Assembly (NCBI GenBank): GCA_963823665.1
Contig: CAWGMQ010000004.1
Location: 1,472,001-1,536,000, forward strand
Source of the DNA: an uncultured Planctomycetota bacterium
Lineage (GTDB): Bacteria; Planctomycetota; Planctomycetia; Isosphaerales; Isosphaeraceae
DNA length: 64,000 bases
Direction: 5' to 3'
Shown here: piece after piece, positions 51,066 to 60,750 of the stretch
How the letters are laid out: every line of letters begins with the position of its first letter
Numbering within the stretch: position 1 is the first letter of the stretch
Notes under the pieces: model-generated
The model's input: only the letters and a program-made list of their open reading frames with translations
Databases searched by the model: none
Told to the model about the DNA's origin: nothing
Made by a program: the position numbers and the translations under genes

Positions 51066-51817
51066 ATGTCGCAAGTTACGTCGATTCTGGTTACCGGCGC
51101 CGCGGGCCGGATTGGTCGCGCGGCGGTGCGCGAGCTGGCCGGCCGCGGCTTTCGCGTGCGTGCCTTTGACGTGGTGTGTGCCGGCGGGACGGATGACGTG
51201 ATCGTGGGAAGCATCACCGACCCCGAGGTCGTGCGCAGGGCGGTGCAGGGAATCGACGTTCTCATTCATCTCGCCGCGACCCCTGACGACGACGACTTCC
51301 TCGAGAAGCTGGTGCCCAACAATCTCATCGGGGCTTACCACGTGCTCGAAGAGGCACGGCTGGCGGGCGTGCGCAAGATGGTGCTGGCCAGCAGCGGGCA
51401 AGTCGTCTGGTGGCAGCGATTCACGGGTCCGCTGCCGGTCAAGGCCGATGCGCCGCCAAGCCCGCGGGGATGGTACGCGGCCACCAAATTGTTTCAAGAG
51501 GCAGCAGGGAGGGCTTTCGCCGCGCAACACGGTATCACGGTCATTGCCGTCCGGCTGGGCTGGTGCCCGCGCGACCGCGCCGGAGTCGAAGAACTGGGGC
51601 GAACCGAGTGGGGGCCCGACGTCTACTTGAGCCCGGGCGATGCAGGCCGGTTCTTCGCGTGCGCAGTTGAAGCGCCGCTCAATGGCCGCTTCGAGGTCGT
51701 GTATGCAATGAGCCAGTCCCGCAAGCCGGATCATTTACGACCCGAACACCCGCGCGTGAACTGCTCGGTTATGAACCACGCGACACGTGGCCCGATGGAG
51801 TTGAAGACGGACTTTGA
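51066..51817 (+). CDS. NAD-dependent epimerase/dehydratase (uronate dehydrogenase-like); frameshifted near 51730-51750
   Basis: ILVTGAAGRIG, IHLAA, LASS, YAATK. The expected tail ARELLGYEPRDTWPDGVEDGL* lies in another frame ending at 51817. Confidence 0.85.
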
Positions 51818-52223
51818 GCCGTGACATCCGTAGGCCCAAATCCCTGATCGCATACGTTGATTAATCTCCCCAATCCACGCCTGCAGGCAACAACGGTCGT
51901 TCCCAGGCCTAGCCTTGAGTGAGTGAAAAACTCGGTCGATCCCCACGTGCCCGAATGGTCGAGGCGGCAATTCAGCCCGCAGTCGAGCGGGCGAAGCGCG
52001 CCGCTCGAATTCGCCAGCTTTGGTCAAGGCAATCGAATTCATGATCGCAGACAAACCGTCGAGAATGCTCTTGATCATGGACCATGCCCGGCGCGGGTTG
52101 CACGGCGAGGGGACAGTGGGAGCGGAATCGAGCTGCCCCCGTTTCGAAGAGTCGCTCACTCCAGTCCGGGAGCTTTCCCGATCGAACGTCGACAGCAGCC
52201 AGGGTTGTCGGCGGTTCTCGGAG

Positions 52224-53249
52224 ATGCTTGACCAAACGATGACGTTGAAGCCGGGTCGCCGGCTCGGTCCGTTCGAGCTGCTCGGGCCGCTGGGGCAGGG
52301 GGGCCAAGGCGAGGTCTGGAAGGCGCGACGTGCTGGGCCGGGCGGCGAGCTGGTGGCACTCAAGGTGCTCAAGCCGGAGCTAGCCCATAATCCGGCACGC
52401 ACAGCCCAGTTTCGCCGCGAGGCCCAGCGCGGACCGCGGCTCAAGGGGCCTTCGCTGCTGGCGGCGAGCGAGCTGTACGAGATCGAAGGCTTTCACTGCA
52501 TGGCAATGTCGTTCGTCGAATGCAAGTCGCTTCGAGACGTGATCAAGTGGCGGATCTCTTTTCGTTCCGGCGAGGAGACAGAGCGACTGCATCCATTCGT
52601 GGGCCTGGCTGAAGCGGAATACCGGCTGGCAATCGCCCGGGTGATCGCCGCGGCGGCAAGGGCGCTCGAAGTGGCTCACCGGGAGCGCATCGTCCATCGC
52701 GACGTCAAGCCGGCAAATCTCCTGATTGACAACCGATCGGAAGCCGGCGTCTATCTGTGCGACTTCGGGCTGGGGCGCGACCTCGACGTCGCGACAACCG
52801 AACAAATGCGCGACGGGGCCGGAACACCGATCTACATGGCACCCGAGCGGCTCTTGCTGCTGGCCGCTGATGAGATCAAGTGTGACATTTACTCGATGGG
52901 TGTGACGCTGTTCGAGGCGCTCTTGCTCGAGAAGCCGTTTCGTGTGCCCGCGCATGTCTGCGGACCGAGCGTCGCGCCTTATCTCGCAACCGTAGAGCCG
53001 AAACCGGTGCGGCGACTCGATCCCGATCTTCCGGACGAGCTCGAGGCCGTCATCACCAGAGCGATGGCGCGCGACCCGGGGAGTCGGTTTGAATCGGCCC
53101 GCGATCTGGCTGATAACCTCGAGCAATTCGTCACCAACAGTCGATCTGACAGGCACCCCGGCGCTCTTGCACGACATTCGCCGTCGACTCTTCGCGGGCC
53201 GCATGCGGCACTCTGGTGCCAAACGGCAACTCGGGGTTGGTCACCTTGA
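52224..53249 (+). CDS. Stand-alone cytoplasmic Ser/Thr kinase
   Basis: LGQGGQGEVW, VALKVL, HRDVKPAN, DFGLG, GTPIYMAPE. No TM. Start uncertain. Confidence 0.88.
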   Translation: MLDQTMTLKPGRRLGPFELLGPLGQGGQGEVWKARRAGPGGELVALKVLKPELAHNPARTAQFRREAQRGPRLKGPSLLAASELYEIEGFHCMAMSFVECKSLRDVIKWRISFRSGEETERLHPFVGLAEAEYRLAIARVIAAAARALEVAHRERIVHRDVKPANLLIDNRSEAGVYLCDFGLGRDLDVATTEQMRDGAGTPIYMAPERLLLLAADEIKCDIYSMGVTLFEALLLEKPFRVPAHVCGPSVAPYLATVEPKPVRRLDPDLPDELEAVITRAMARDPGSRFESARDLADNLEQFVTNSRSDRHPGALARHSPSTLRGPHAALWCQTATRGWSP

Positions 53250-53287
53250 TTGCGGCGGGCCCGGATGCGTTGGAGCTGACCGAGGCG

Positions 53288-54616
53288 TCACCGCTTTCCA
53301 GCCGGCGAAATGGACTTCGGGAGGAACGGGAGATCCGGCGGGGCCTCCTTTCTCGGTTCGCGCAGTCGATGAATGGCGCGCTGCGCTTCGGCGCTCATCG
53401 GGTCAACCGTAATTGCGAGCTCGTACCACGCGCGGGCTTCCGGGTCGCGGTGCAAAGCGGCGCAGGCTGCTCCAAGCTCGCGCAGCAGTGGGGGATCTTT
53501 GCGTGCGCTCGGAGTTGCCGCGCGATCGACGAGCGTGCTCAGGAGCTCGAGCCGTCGGGCGAGCTGACGAAGAGGCCCGGCAGCGTCCGACTGGCCGGCG
53601 AGCTCGAGCGCGCAGATGAGACCGAATACCGTTTCGTGGTCGTCGGGGTCGGAGTTGAACGCGATTCGAAAGTGGCGCCAGGCATCTTGAGCATCGCGCT
53701 TCGACAATGCCAGCCTGCCGCGCAGCAGGGCCAGGTCGGGGTCGTCATCAGCGGCCACTGCGAGTAGCTGTTCGGCCCGTTCCTGATCCTGTCGATCGAT
53801 GGCGATCCGAGCGCGAATGGCAACGGCGGCGGAATCATCGGGCCCGAGGCACGCGAGCACCGCCTCGGCCGTGTCGTGCTGGCCCATTCGCCGCTGGTTC
53901 TCGGCCAGCGCGAGCCGCGACCATCGGTCAAGCGGATCAGCGGAGACAAATCGAGCGAGTGCGGCAATCGCTTCACCGGGCTCCCATCGATTGTTCCGCA
54001 GCAGGCACCAGTGGAATACATTTTCGGACGAAAGCGGGACAAGGCCCGAAAGTGCCAGGAACTGGGCGCTCGACTCGCGCCGGCGAAGTTGCATGCCATA
54101 GATGAAGATCAGCTCGCGACGAGCCTGAACGACCTTGGGATTGATCGCCAGCGCAGCTTGAAAGAAGGCCTCGGCGAAACGGACGCGGTTGCGGCGCAAT
54201 TCGATCTGTCCCGCGAGAAGTCGGGCCTGAGCGGCGATGAAGTGGTCGTCGGGTACGAGACCCAGCTCGGCAAGGGCTTGATCCGGCTCCTTATGCGCGG
54301 CTGAGTATTGAGCCCGCAGCATGTGGTCGAGCGGTGTGGGAAATCGAAGCCGGCTGAGCCGGCTCAAGGCGGTCTCGACGCGGTCGAGGCGCCCCGCCAT
54401 GAAGTCCGCCTCGGCTTGCGCCCAGATGGCGTCGATATCGGGGGCGGACCGGTCGAGCCAGTGGCACGCCCAGGCGACGCCGGCCAGGCCGACCACGGCG
54501 AGAGCAGCGAATCCGCGGACTGGGCCACGCAGGCGTCGTGCGCTGGTCCCTACCTCTCTACGACCTTCCGCTCCAGGTTGCACACCCGGGGTCTCCTGTT
54601 TGAGTTCCGTCACCAT
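53288..54616 (-). CDS. Membrane-anchored TPR protein
   Basis: N-terminal TM, then TPR helices (ARLLAGQIEL...ALAINPKVVQARREL; EARAWYELAITVDP). Confidence 0.8.
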   Translation of the reverse strand: MVTELKQETPGVQPGAEGRREVGTSARRLRGPVRGFAALAVVGLAGVAWACHWLDRSAPDIDAIWAQAEADFMAGRLDRVETALSRLSRLRFPTPLDHMLRAQYSAAHKEPDQALAELGLVPDDHFIAAQARLLAGQIELRRNRVRFAEAFFQAALAINPKVVQARRELIFIYGMQLRRRESSAQFLALSGLVPLSSENVFHWCLLRNNRWEPGEAIAALARFVSADPLDRWSRLALAENQRRMGQHDTAEAVLACLGPDDSAAVAIRARIAIDRQDQERAEQLLAVAADDDPDLALLRGRLALSKRDAQDAWRHFRIAFNSDPDDHETVFGLICALELAGQSDAAGPLRQLARRLELLSTLVDRAATPSARKDPPLLRELGAACAALHRDPEARAWYELAITVDPMSAEAQRAIHRLREPRKEAPPDLPFLPKSISPAGKR

Positions 54617-54906
54617 GGTTCAACCCGCAACTTCGTCTGTCCCCGACGGCCAGGGTGTCGGATCGAGCCCGGTTCTGGCCCGAACCGAATCCGGGCGGGA
54701 CGGCACTCTTATCTTAGCAACGTAGCGGCCGACTGGCCCCTATGCGATTGATCTCTGTCGCAAACCGTGTATAAAGATGATATTCCGCCGAACAGCCAGG
54801 GTACACGCTCGCCAGACGCCTCCATCCGTGATCAAAGCCGGACCGATCTTGGTCAGACGCGAGAGTGCGGATTGAGTAAAGAGTTGGCCCAGGCCAGGAG
54901 GCATTC

Positions 54907-56379
54907 ATGAATTCTCATCCAACGATGGAGCTCGATCGACGGTTCGCCGCCGTACAGCCGAATGGCCAGGCAACGACGTCTTGGGCTGAGCGGCTGATCA
55001 ACTTGAGCTCCTGGATGATGGTTCTGGGCACCGTCCGCCTGGTCTGCATGCTTGCCGACAGTGCGAGCGCACTTGCCGAGGCCGTGCGAATCGAGTCATT
55101 CTCGATGCGGACTTTCGCCCGAGTGGCCGAAGAGATTCACCCGGTCGTGGCCATCAGCGCAGCATGGCCTTTGATACTGGCGATCGCCTTGCGGCGGGCC
55201 CGTTGGCCACAACTCGTGCCCGCGGCCGCGGCGACCTTTTTGGTCCTTTCGATCGGTGGATTTCTCGAACTATGGGTGCAATGGGGCCACGCGCGGGGAT
55301 ATGGCGGCATGGTGGGCTCGTTTCACTTGACGAGGCGTGCGTTCCTGAGGCCCAACGCCTCCGACATCGCGTTAGGGAGCCTCGGAGCGACTCAACTCGC
55401 GCTCGAGCTCGCCACCGCGATCCGGGCGATCCTGCTCATACCCCGCTTGCGCGCAGAGCCGCATGACCCCGAAGCGAAAGACCCGGAAAGAAAATCCGAG
55501 AGAGCACGGCGGGCGCGATGTGGGCGGATGGCGCTGTATGCATCAATCGGGTACCTTTTTGTCGTGATCCGGCTACCGGTCTGGTCCACGTACCTTGAGG
55601 TGCTCAACAGCTCGACGTTCGTGCGGAACTTCGTCCTCAAGAACGACATCGAACGGCTGGGAAGCCGGAGCTTCAGTCCGCCCCTTGGTCGTGAACCTAC
55701 CGCAGAGGAGAAGCGGCTCGCGGAGATCAGCCAGATGATCGGAGCCGCGGCCGGAGCTGCGGGATCCGGACGGTTCGCGGAAGCCAGGGATCGCTATCGT
55801 GAAGCTATCGAGCTGGTCGATTCGCTACCCGACGACGCGCCGCTCGAAAGTCGCCAGCGGGCATTGATTGCGACGGCCCTCAACAACCTGGCCTGGCTGG
55901 AGGCAACCTGCTCTGACGTCAGTTTTCGGAATGGTCGCGAGGCTGTCCGGCATGCGCAGCGCGCGACGGTGCTCCAGCCCGAAGAGGGTAATTACTGGAA
56001 CACCCTGGGCGCGGCCCATTATCGGGCTGGCGAGTGGGAGGACGCAAAAGCCGCCCTGACCCAGTCAATGGCGCTGCGCAGGGACAGTGAGAGTTTCGAT
56101 TGGTTCTTTCTGTCGATCGTTGAGCTCAAGCTGGGAAGGCCGGCAGAAGCCCGCCAATGGTACGACCGGGCGGTCGACTCGTTCCACCGATCGTTGCCGT
56201 ACAACGAAGAACTGTACCGGTTCCAGGTTGAGGCCGCTGAACAGCTTGGGCTCGCTAAACCAGAGCCTCCTGGGTTGGCCTCCGGAAACGGATCCAGGCC
56301 CGGGATTCCACTAGGACCGATCCAAAAATCGATTCGCCGCAAGGGTGGAGGGGCCGCGCCTAAAGCCAATCGGCAGTGA
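54907..56379 (+). CDS. Polytopic membrane protein with C-terminal TPRs
   Basis: About 5 TM segments, then LNNLAWLEAT...YWNTLGAAHYRAGEW...DWFFLS. Confidence 0.8.
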   Translation: MNSHPTMELDRRFAAVQPNGQATTSWAERLINLSSWMMVLGTVRLVCMLADSASALAEAVRIESFSMRTFARVAEEIHPVVAISAAWPLILAIALRRARWPQLVPAAAATFLVLSIGGFLELWVQWGHARGYGGMVGSFHLTRRAFLRPNASDIALGSLGATQLALELATAIRAILLIPRLRAEPHDPEAKDPERKSERARRARCGRMALYASIGYLFVVIRLPVWSTYLEVLNSSTFVRNFVLKNDIERLGSRSFSPPLGREPTAEEKRLAEISQMIGAAAGAAGSGRFAEARDRYREAIELVDSLPDDAPLESRQRALIATALNNLAWLEATCSDVSFRNGREAVRHAQRATVLQPEEGNYWNTLGAAHYRAGEWEDAKAALTQSMALRRDSESFDWFFLSIVELKLGRPAEARQWYDRAVDSFHRSLPYNEELYRFQVEAAEQLGLAKPEPPGLASGNGSRPGIPLGPIQKSIRRKGGGAAPKANRQ

Positions 56380-56557
56380 CGAGGATACCTTCCAGGCCGT
56401 CTTGCTCGTTCTGGCGAGCCCGAGGCGCCGACTGCTTTGTTCCGCGTGTTCGTTCCGTTATCATAAACGCCGTTGGCTCTGACAGCGTGGCATGCCTTTT
56501 GCCGTGGCATGGCAACTGCGCATCCTACACAACCAACGTTCCGGAGTTTGCCACTTA

Positions 56558-57178
56558 ATGCCGCGAAACGCGATATCCGAGGAACTCGCCGCCCGCGCGA
56601 AGTTCATCGTCAACACGGTTAAAGGGACCGATTACCAGCACGTTGACAATATCGATCCCGCCAAGGGCATCTATGACTGCGACTGCAATGGCTTCGTGGG
56701 GTTTGTCCTGCATGAGGTGGCGCCGAAGCATTTGGCATTGGTTCCTAAAGAAACAGGTCAGGCGCGACCGCGCGCGTTCAAGTACTACGACTTCTTCGCG
56801 TCGCTGACTCCGAAATCGACCGGGGCCTGGCGCCGGGTCGATCTACTGAGCGATGCTCGCCCTGGCGACATCCTCGCATGGCGATTCGCGACAATTGAAA
56901 AGGACCAGAACACCGGTCACGTCGTCTGTATAGCCGAAACTCCGACGGCGGATGACTCCGGAGTTTTTTCGGTTCGCGTCTACGATTCCGCTGCCGAGCC
57001 TCACTTCGATGACACTCGCGGATCGGGACCGGGACAGTTTCAAACGGGCGTCGGCTCGGGGGTGATCCACTTCATCGTCGACGGTGCGGGTAGGCCGATC
57101 GCATATCAGTTCGCGCCCCCGGCTACGGCTGACTTCGAGTACCTCACGATCGCCATCGGACGTGCCGAGCCGTTGTGA
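56558..57178 (+). CDS. Hypothetical protein with an NlpC/P60/CHAP-like Cys-His motif pair
   Basis: YDCDCNGFV, ARPGDILAW, NTGHVVCI. Confidence 0.6.
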   Translation: MPRNAISEELAARAKFIVNTVKGTDYQHVDNIDPAKGIYDCDCNGFVGFVLHEVAPKHLALVPKETGQARPRAFKYYDFFASLTPKSTGAWRRVDLLSDARPGDILAWRFATIEKDQNTGHVVCIAETPTADDSGVFSVRVYDSAAEPHFDDTRGSGPGQFQTGVGSGVIHFIVDGAGRPIAYQFAPPATADFEYLTIAIGRAEPL

Positions 57179-57253
57179 CGTCAACAGCCCCGATCCCCAC
57201 GTGCTCCTCGCGGAAGCTTCTGTTTGTTACGCGATCGCGCCACTGTTAGTCGG

Positions 57254-57571
57254 TCAATCGTGCATTGACTCGCTGTTCGGATCGAGCCGGATTTCTCGCT
57301 CGTTCGACGGCGCCAGCGATCCGTCAGGCTGCCGTTCCAGAGGATGAAAGAGTTTGATCCTGGGCGAGGTGATCTTGATCGGCGTGCGCGATCCCGACGC
57401 CCGGATCTCCATTTTGGCGTCCGTCGCGACCAGTAGATCGGCGGCGTAGTCGTACTCGACTTCGCGTGCGAGAATCGTCCATTCGTCACGATCGCCCGGC
57501 ATATTGACCCGATCTTCACGCACAACAACGGCGCCCAAAACGCCGATTCCATACGGTGTGATCAGTCTCAT
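57254..57571 (-). CDS. Hypothetical protein
   Basis: 105-aa ORF with protein-like composition and no recognisable motif. Confidence 0.4.
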   Translation of the reverse strand: MRLITPYGIGVLGAVVVREDRVNMPGDRDEWTILAREVEYDYAADLLVATDAKMEIRASGSRTPIKITSPRIKLFHPLERQPDGSLAPSNEREIRLDPNSESMHD

Positions 57572-57960
57572 GGATCCGTCCTCGAGCTAAAGCGGTCAGA
57601 ACGCGTGATTTTCTCGACAACGGCGTCAGGGAGAATAGCAGCTTCAGATCCGGGGGGCGGGCACGAGCAGAGCGGACGTCGGCCGGTCTTGATCGTCTCG
57701 CCGACGGCGTCATTGGGGTTAGTCATTCGCAGTGTCCGAGGGAGAAAAATATCGATCCGATCTGACTGATCCGTCCCACCTGAAGCCCCCAGCCTCACCT
57801 CCTGCGCCTCTCCTGCCGGCCCGGCCCCGATCTCTCCAATAGTCAGCCGGGCAGGCCGAGAGCTCGCCTGCTGAGAATCGTACCTGGCTCCTCTCTGAGT
57901 CACGCGTGCCAGGCTTTTCCCGGAACCGAGTCCAGAGAGTGGGTGTCTGGCTCCTTTTCC

Positions 57961-58529
57961 ACTTGGCCTGGCGCGAGCTGGGCGAGAATCTGGTTCAGCA
58001 GCAACGCTTGGCCGACGCGGCTCAATTGGCGGACGAGCTGCTGACTGACCCGCACGTTCGCGTCGAGGGGCACTTGCTCAAGAGCCGTGTGGCGCTGGCC
58101 AACCAGCAGCTCGACCTGGCGCGGGCCGCGCTTGACACTGCCCTTGAGGAATATCCTGGCGACCTTGGTACGTTAGGAGAGAGGAGCGTTTTCTTCTTCC
58201 ATCACGGAACGGACGAGGAAGGCGAGCGCGCGCTTCGGGTGTTGTTAGCGAGTGATCCGACCGACGCCTGGGCGTACTACAGCTTGGGCGTGGTCCTCAT
58301 GAGGAACAAGCGCCACGAGGAAGCTGTGGTGGCGTATCGCCAGTCGCTGCGGTACCGGCCGAATTATGGCCCGACTTTTTTCAACCTGAGCTACGCCCTT
58401 GCCGATGGCGACCCGCTGACGGAGGCGAGGGCCGCGTGCGAGCAAGCGGCCCGCCTGCTGCCCAACGACCCGGGGCCCAGAAGCGAGCTGGCGCGGCTCG
58501 CGCGCATGGGTGCGGGCGTTCGAGGCTAA
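57961..58529 (+). pseudogene. TPR protein fragment, apparently 5'-truncated
   Basis: TPRs from LAWRELGE to AARLLPNDP. The upstream sequence is repeat-like, with no convincing start or RBS. Confidence 0.55.
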
Positions 58530-59665
58530 GCGGGCTTGAGCCACAAGGCGTTTGCGATCGGCGTTGTCGCTGTTGAGGACATCTCGACGGGGATGAGAAC
58601 CCGGGAGCGGCGGTTCGAGGCGACTCTGGCGCACTTGGATGCCTGTCTTTTCGGGCCTGGTCCTACAACTCGCACAATCAGACCGCGGTTCGAGAAAACA
58701 GCGGAAATTCGCCTCATTTCAGGAAACTGGATCGGCCTTTTTGTAGATCATTTCAGGTAGAGAGGGCGACGCGTGTCGCTCGTCAAAGTTGGTCTGCGTC
58801 GAGGTTCTCCCAGGGCGCACCTGGGTGATCGGCAAGGAGAGGGTGTGACACGATACCCGGATCGGGAGTCGAGAGGGTGAAAATGTGTGGTGAACTCAAT
58901 GGTCACGCCAGCGGCGTTGCGCCGCGTTCATCGTTCGTTTGGAACGATCCAGTGCCAGATGGTGCCACCGGCAAAGAGACTGAGATTCGCTGTAAGACAC
59001 GGGCTCAATTACTCCACAAATCAAACAGGGCTAAGATGATAGGATATGATCGCGATGCGGCCTGGCGATCAAAAACACCTCGTGGCGCTGGTCATGTCAA
59101 AACCGACTCCGTGAATGGTTTGCTCTGTTCACTATGTTTTGGACCCCTCGGAGGTGTCCCTGCGAGGCGTGGCGTCGTCATCGCCGTGTACGGCGCGGAG
59201 CAGCACGGGAGACGTTCCGACGCGGAGCACCGGAACGAGGGGTTATCGAGTGGGCCATGCGCGGCGCGAACGAGCGTCGTCATTCCTAAGTGGCGACGGG
59301 ATCGAGAGTTGCTTCAAGAGTTTTTCGGCTTCGAGAAACGTCGTCATTCGTAACTTCAATTGTGGCAAGGAGATGACGACGATGACGACGTTTTGGGGGG
59401 TCTGCGGGAGCTGTTCCCACGATTGGGACACGAATGCGAGCGCAACTGGTCACGGGCTCGAGGGGTTGCCGGTCCGTGGCTGCGTAGGCGAGAACGTGGG
59501 TGCCGGGTGGGTAAACCTTTCCGCCGCGCACGTTGGAGGTGGCGAGCGGGTCGCCGGCGGCTTCGCATTCGGTTTCCACTCGATTAAGATAGCTGGCGTG
59601 CGGTTCGCACTCGACCGTGTGGAGAATGCGAACATCGCTCGCGACTACCATCAAAGGAGACGATC

Positions 59666-60691
59666 ATGTGGTGCGGAAATCGTGCAGGACTCTGCCGGTT
59701 CTTGACGCTGGCCGTGGTTCTCGGAGCCGCGCCGAGCGCGGCCGTTGGCCAGGAGAAGCCAACAACCGCTGCCAAGAAAGCCTCAATCTACGACAAATCG
59801 GCCGACGTGCATGCTCAGGTCGAGAAGGCCAAAGAAGTCGCCAGGCACAATGACAAGCGCATTCTGGTCATGTTTGGCTTCGAGACTTGCGGGTGGTGCC
59901 ACAAGCTACATGAGCTCTTCGCAAGCGACGAGAACATCCGCAAGACGTTGAGCTACGAGTACGCGCTCGTCATGGTCGATATCAACGCACCGGGTGCCGA
60001 CACGTTGCAGAAGACATGCAAGGCCGCACTGAGCCCGGAAGAGCTTCAGAAGGGTGTGGGTTATCCTTTCCTGAGTGTGCTTGACTCCGATGGCAAGGTC
60101 TTGACCGCGCAGCGGACCGACCCCCTCGAAGAAGGCGACCACCACAATCCTGGTCGCGTCCAGGAGTTTTTGACCAAGTGGGCCGTCCCAGCCAAGGACG
60201 CCGACGCAGTGCTCCAGGGTGCGCTGGCGCGGGCCTCGTCGGAGGACAAGCGTGTGTTTCTCAGCTTTGGCGCGCCCTGGTGCGGCTGGTGCCACAAGCT
60301 CGCCGACTGGATGGCGCAACCCGAAGTCACGTCGATACTCGATCGCGAATTCGTCACGGTCAAAGTTGACACCGACCGCATGACTCACGGAAAGGACATG
60401 CTGACCCGGTTCCGCAAGAGTGATCAGGGTGGCATTCCGTGGTTCGTCATCCTCGATTCCGCCGGCAAGCCTCACGGTACCGCAGATGGCCCGAAGGGCA
60501 ATATCGGCTATCCATTCGCACCCGAGGAAATCGACCACTTCATGACCGTGATCAGCAAGGATGCTAGGCGCATCGACGCCGACGCGCAGAATCGGCTGCG
60601 CGAGTCGCTCAAAGAAAACGCCGCGCGGATTCAGAAGCAAATGGACGCTCGCCGCCCCGCAGCGGCTGCTCCGGCGTCCGCGTCGCGTTGA
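59666..60691 (+). CDS. Exported protein with two thioredoxin-like domains
   Basis: RBS AAGGAG, signal peptide, TCGWCHKL and WCGWCHKL, cis-Pro motifs GYP and GIP. Confidence 0.9.
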   Translation: MWCGNRAGLCRFLTLAVVLGAAPSAAVGQEKPTTAAKKASIYDKSADVHAQVEKAKEVARHNDKRILVMFGFETCGWCHKLHELFASDENIRKTLSYEYALVMVDINAPGADTLQKTCKAALSPEELQKGVGYPFLSVLDSDGKVLTAQRTDPLEEGDHHNPGRVQEFLTKWAVPAKDADAVLQGALARASSEDKRVFLSFGAPWCGWCHKLADWMAQPEVTSILDREFVTVKVDTDRMTHGKDMLTRFRKSDQGGIPWFVILDSAGKPHGTADGPKGNIGYPFAPEEIDHFMTVISKDARRIDADAQNRLRESLKENAARIQKQMDARRPAAAAPASASR

Positions 60692-60750
60692 CTTCTCCCG
60701 GCAGTCGAGCACTCGTGACCGGTACTCATCCCTTTCGACCAGGATCGATT

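Noticed and set aside
58877..59654. Overlapping ORFs of 122-196 aa on both strands
   Set aside because: No recognisable domain and conflicting frames, so no CDS was called.
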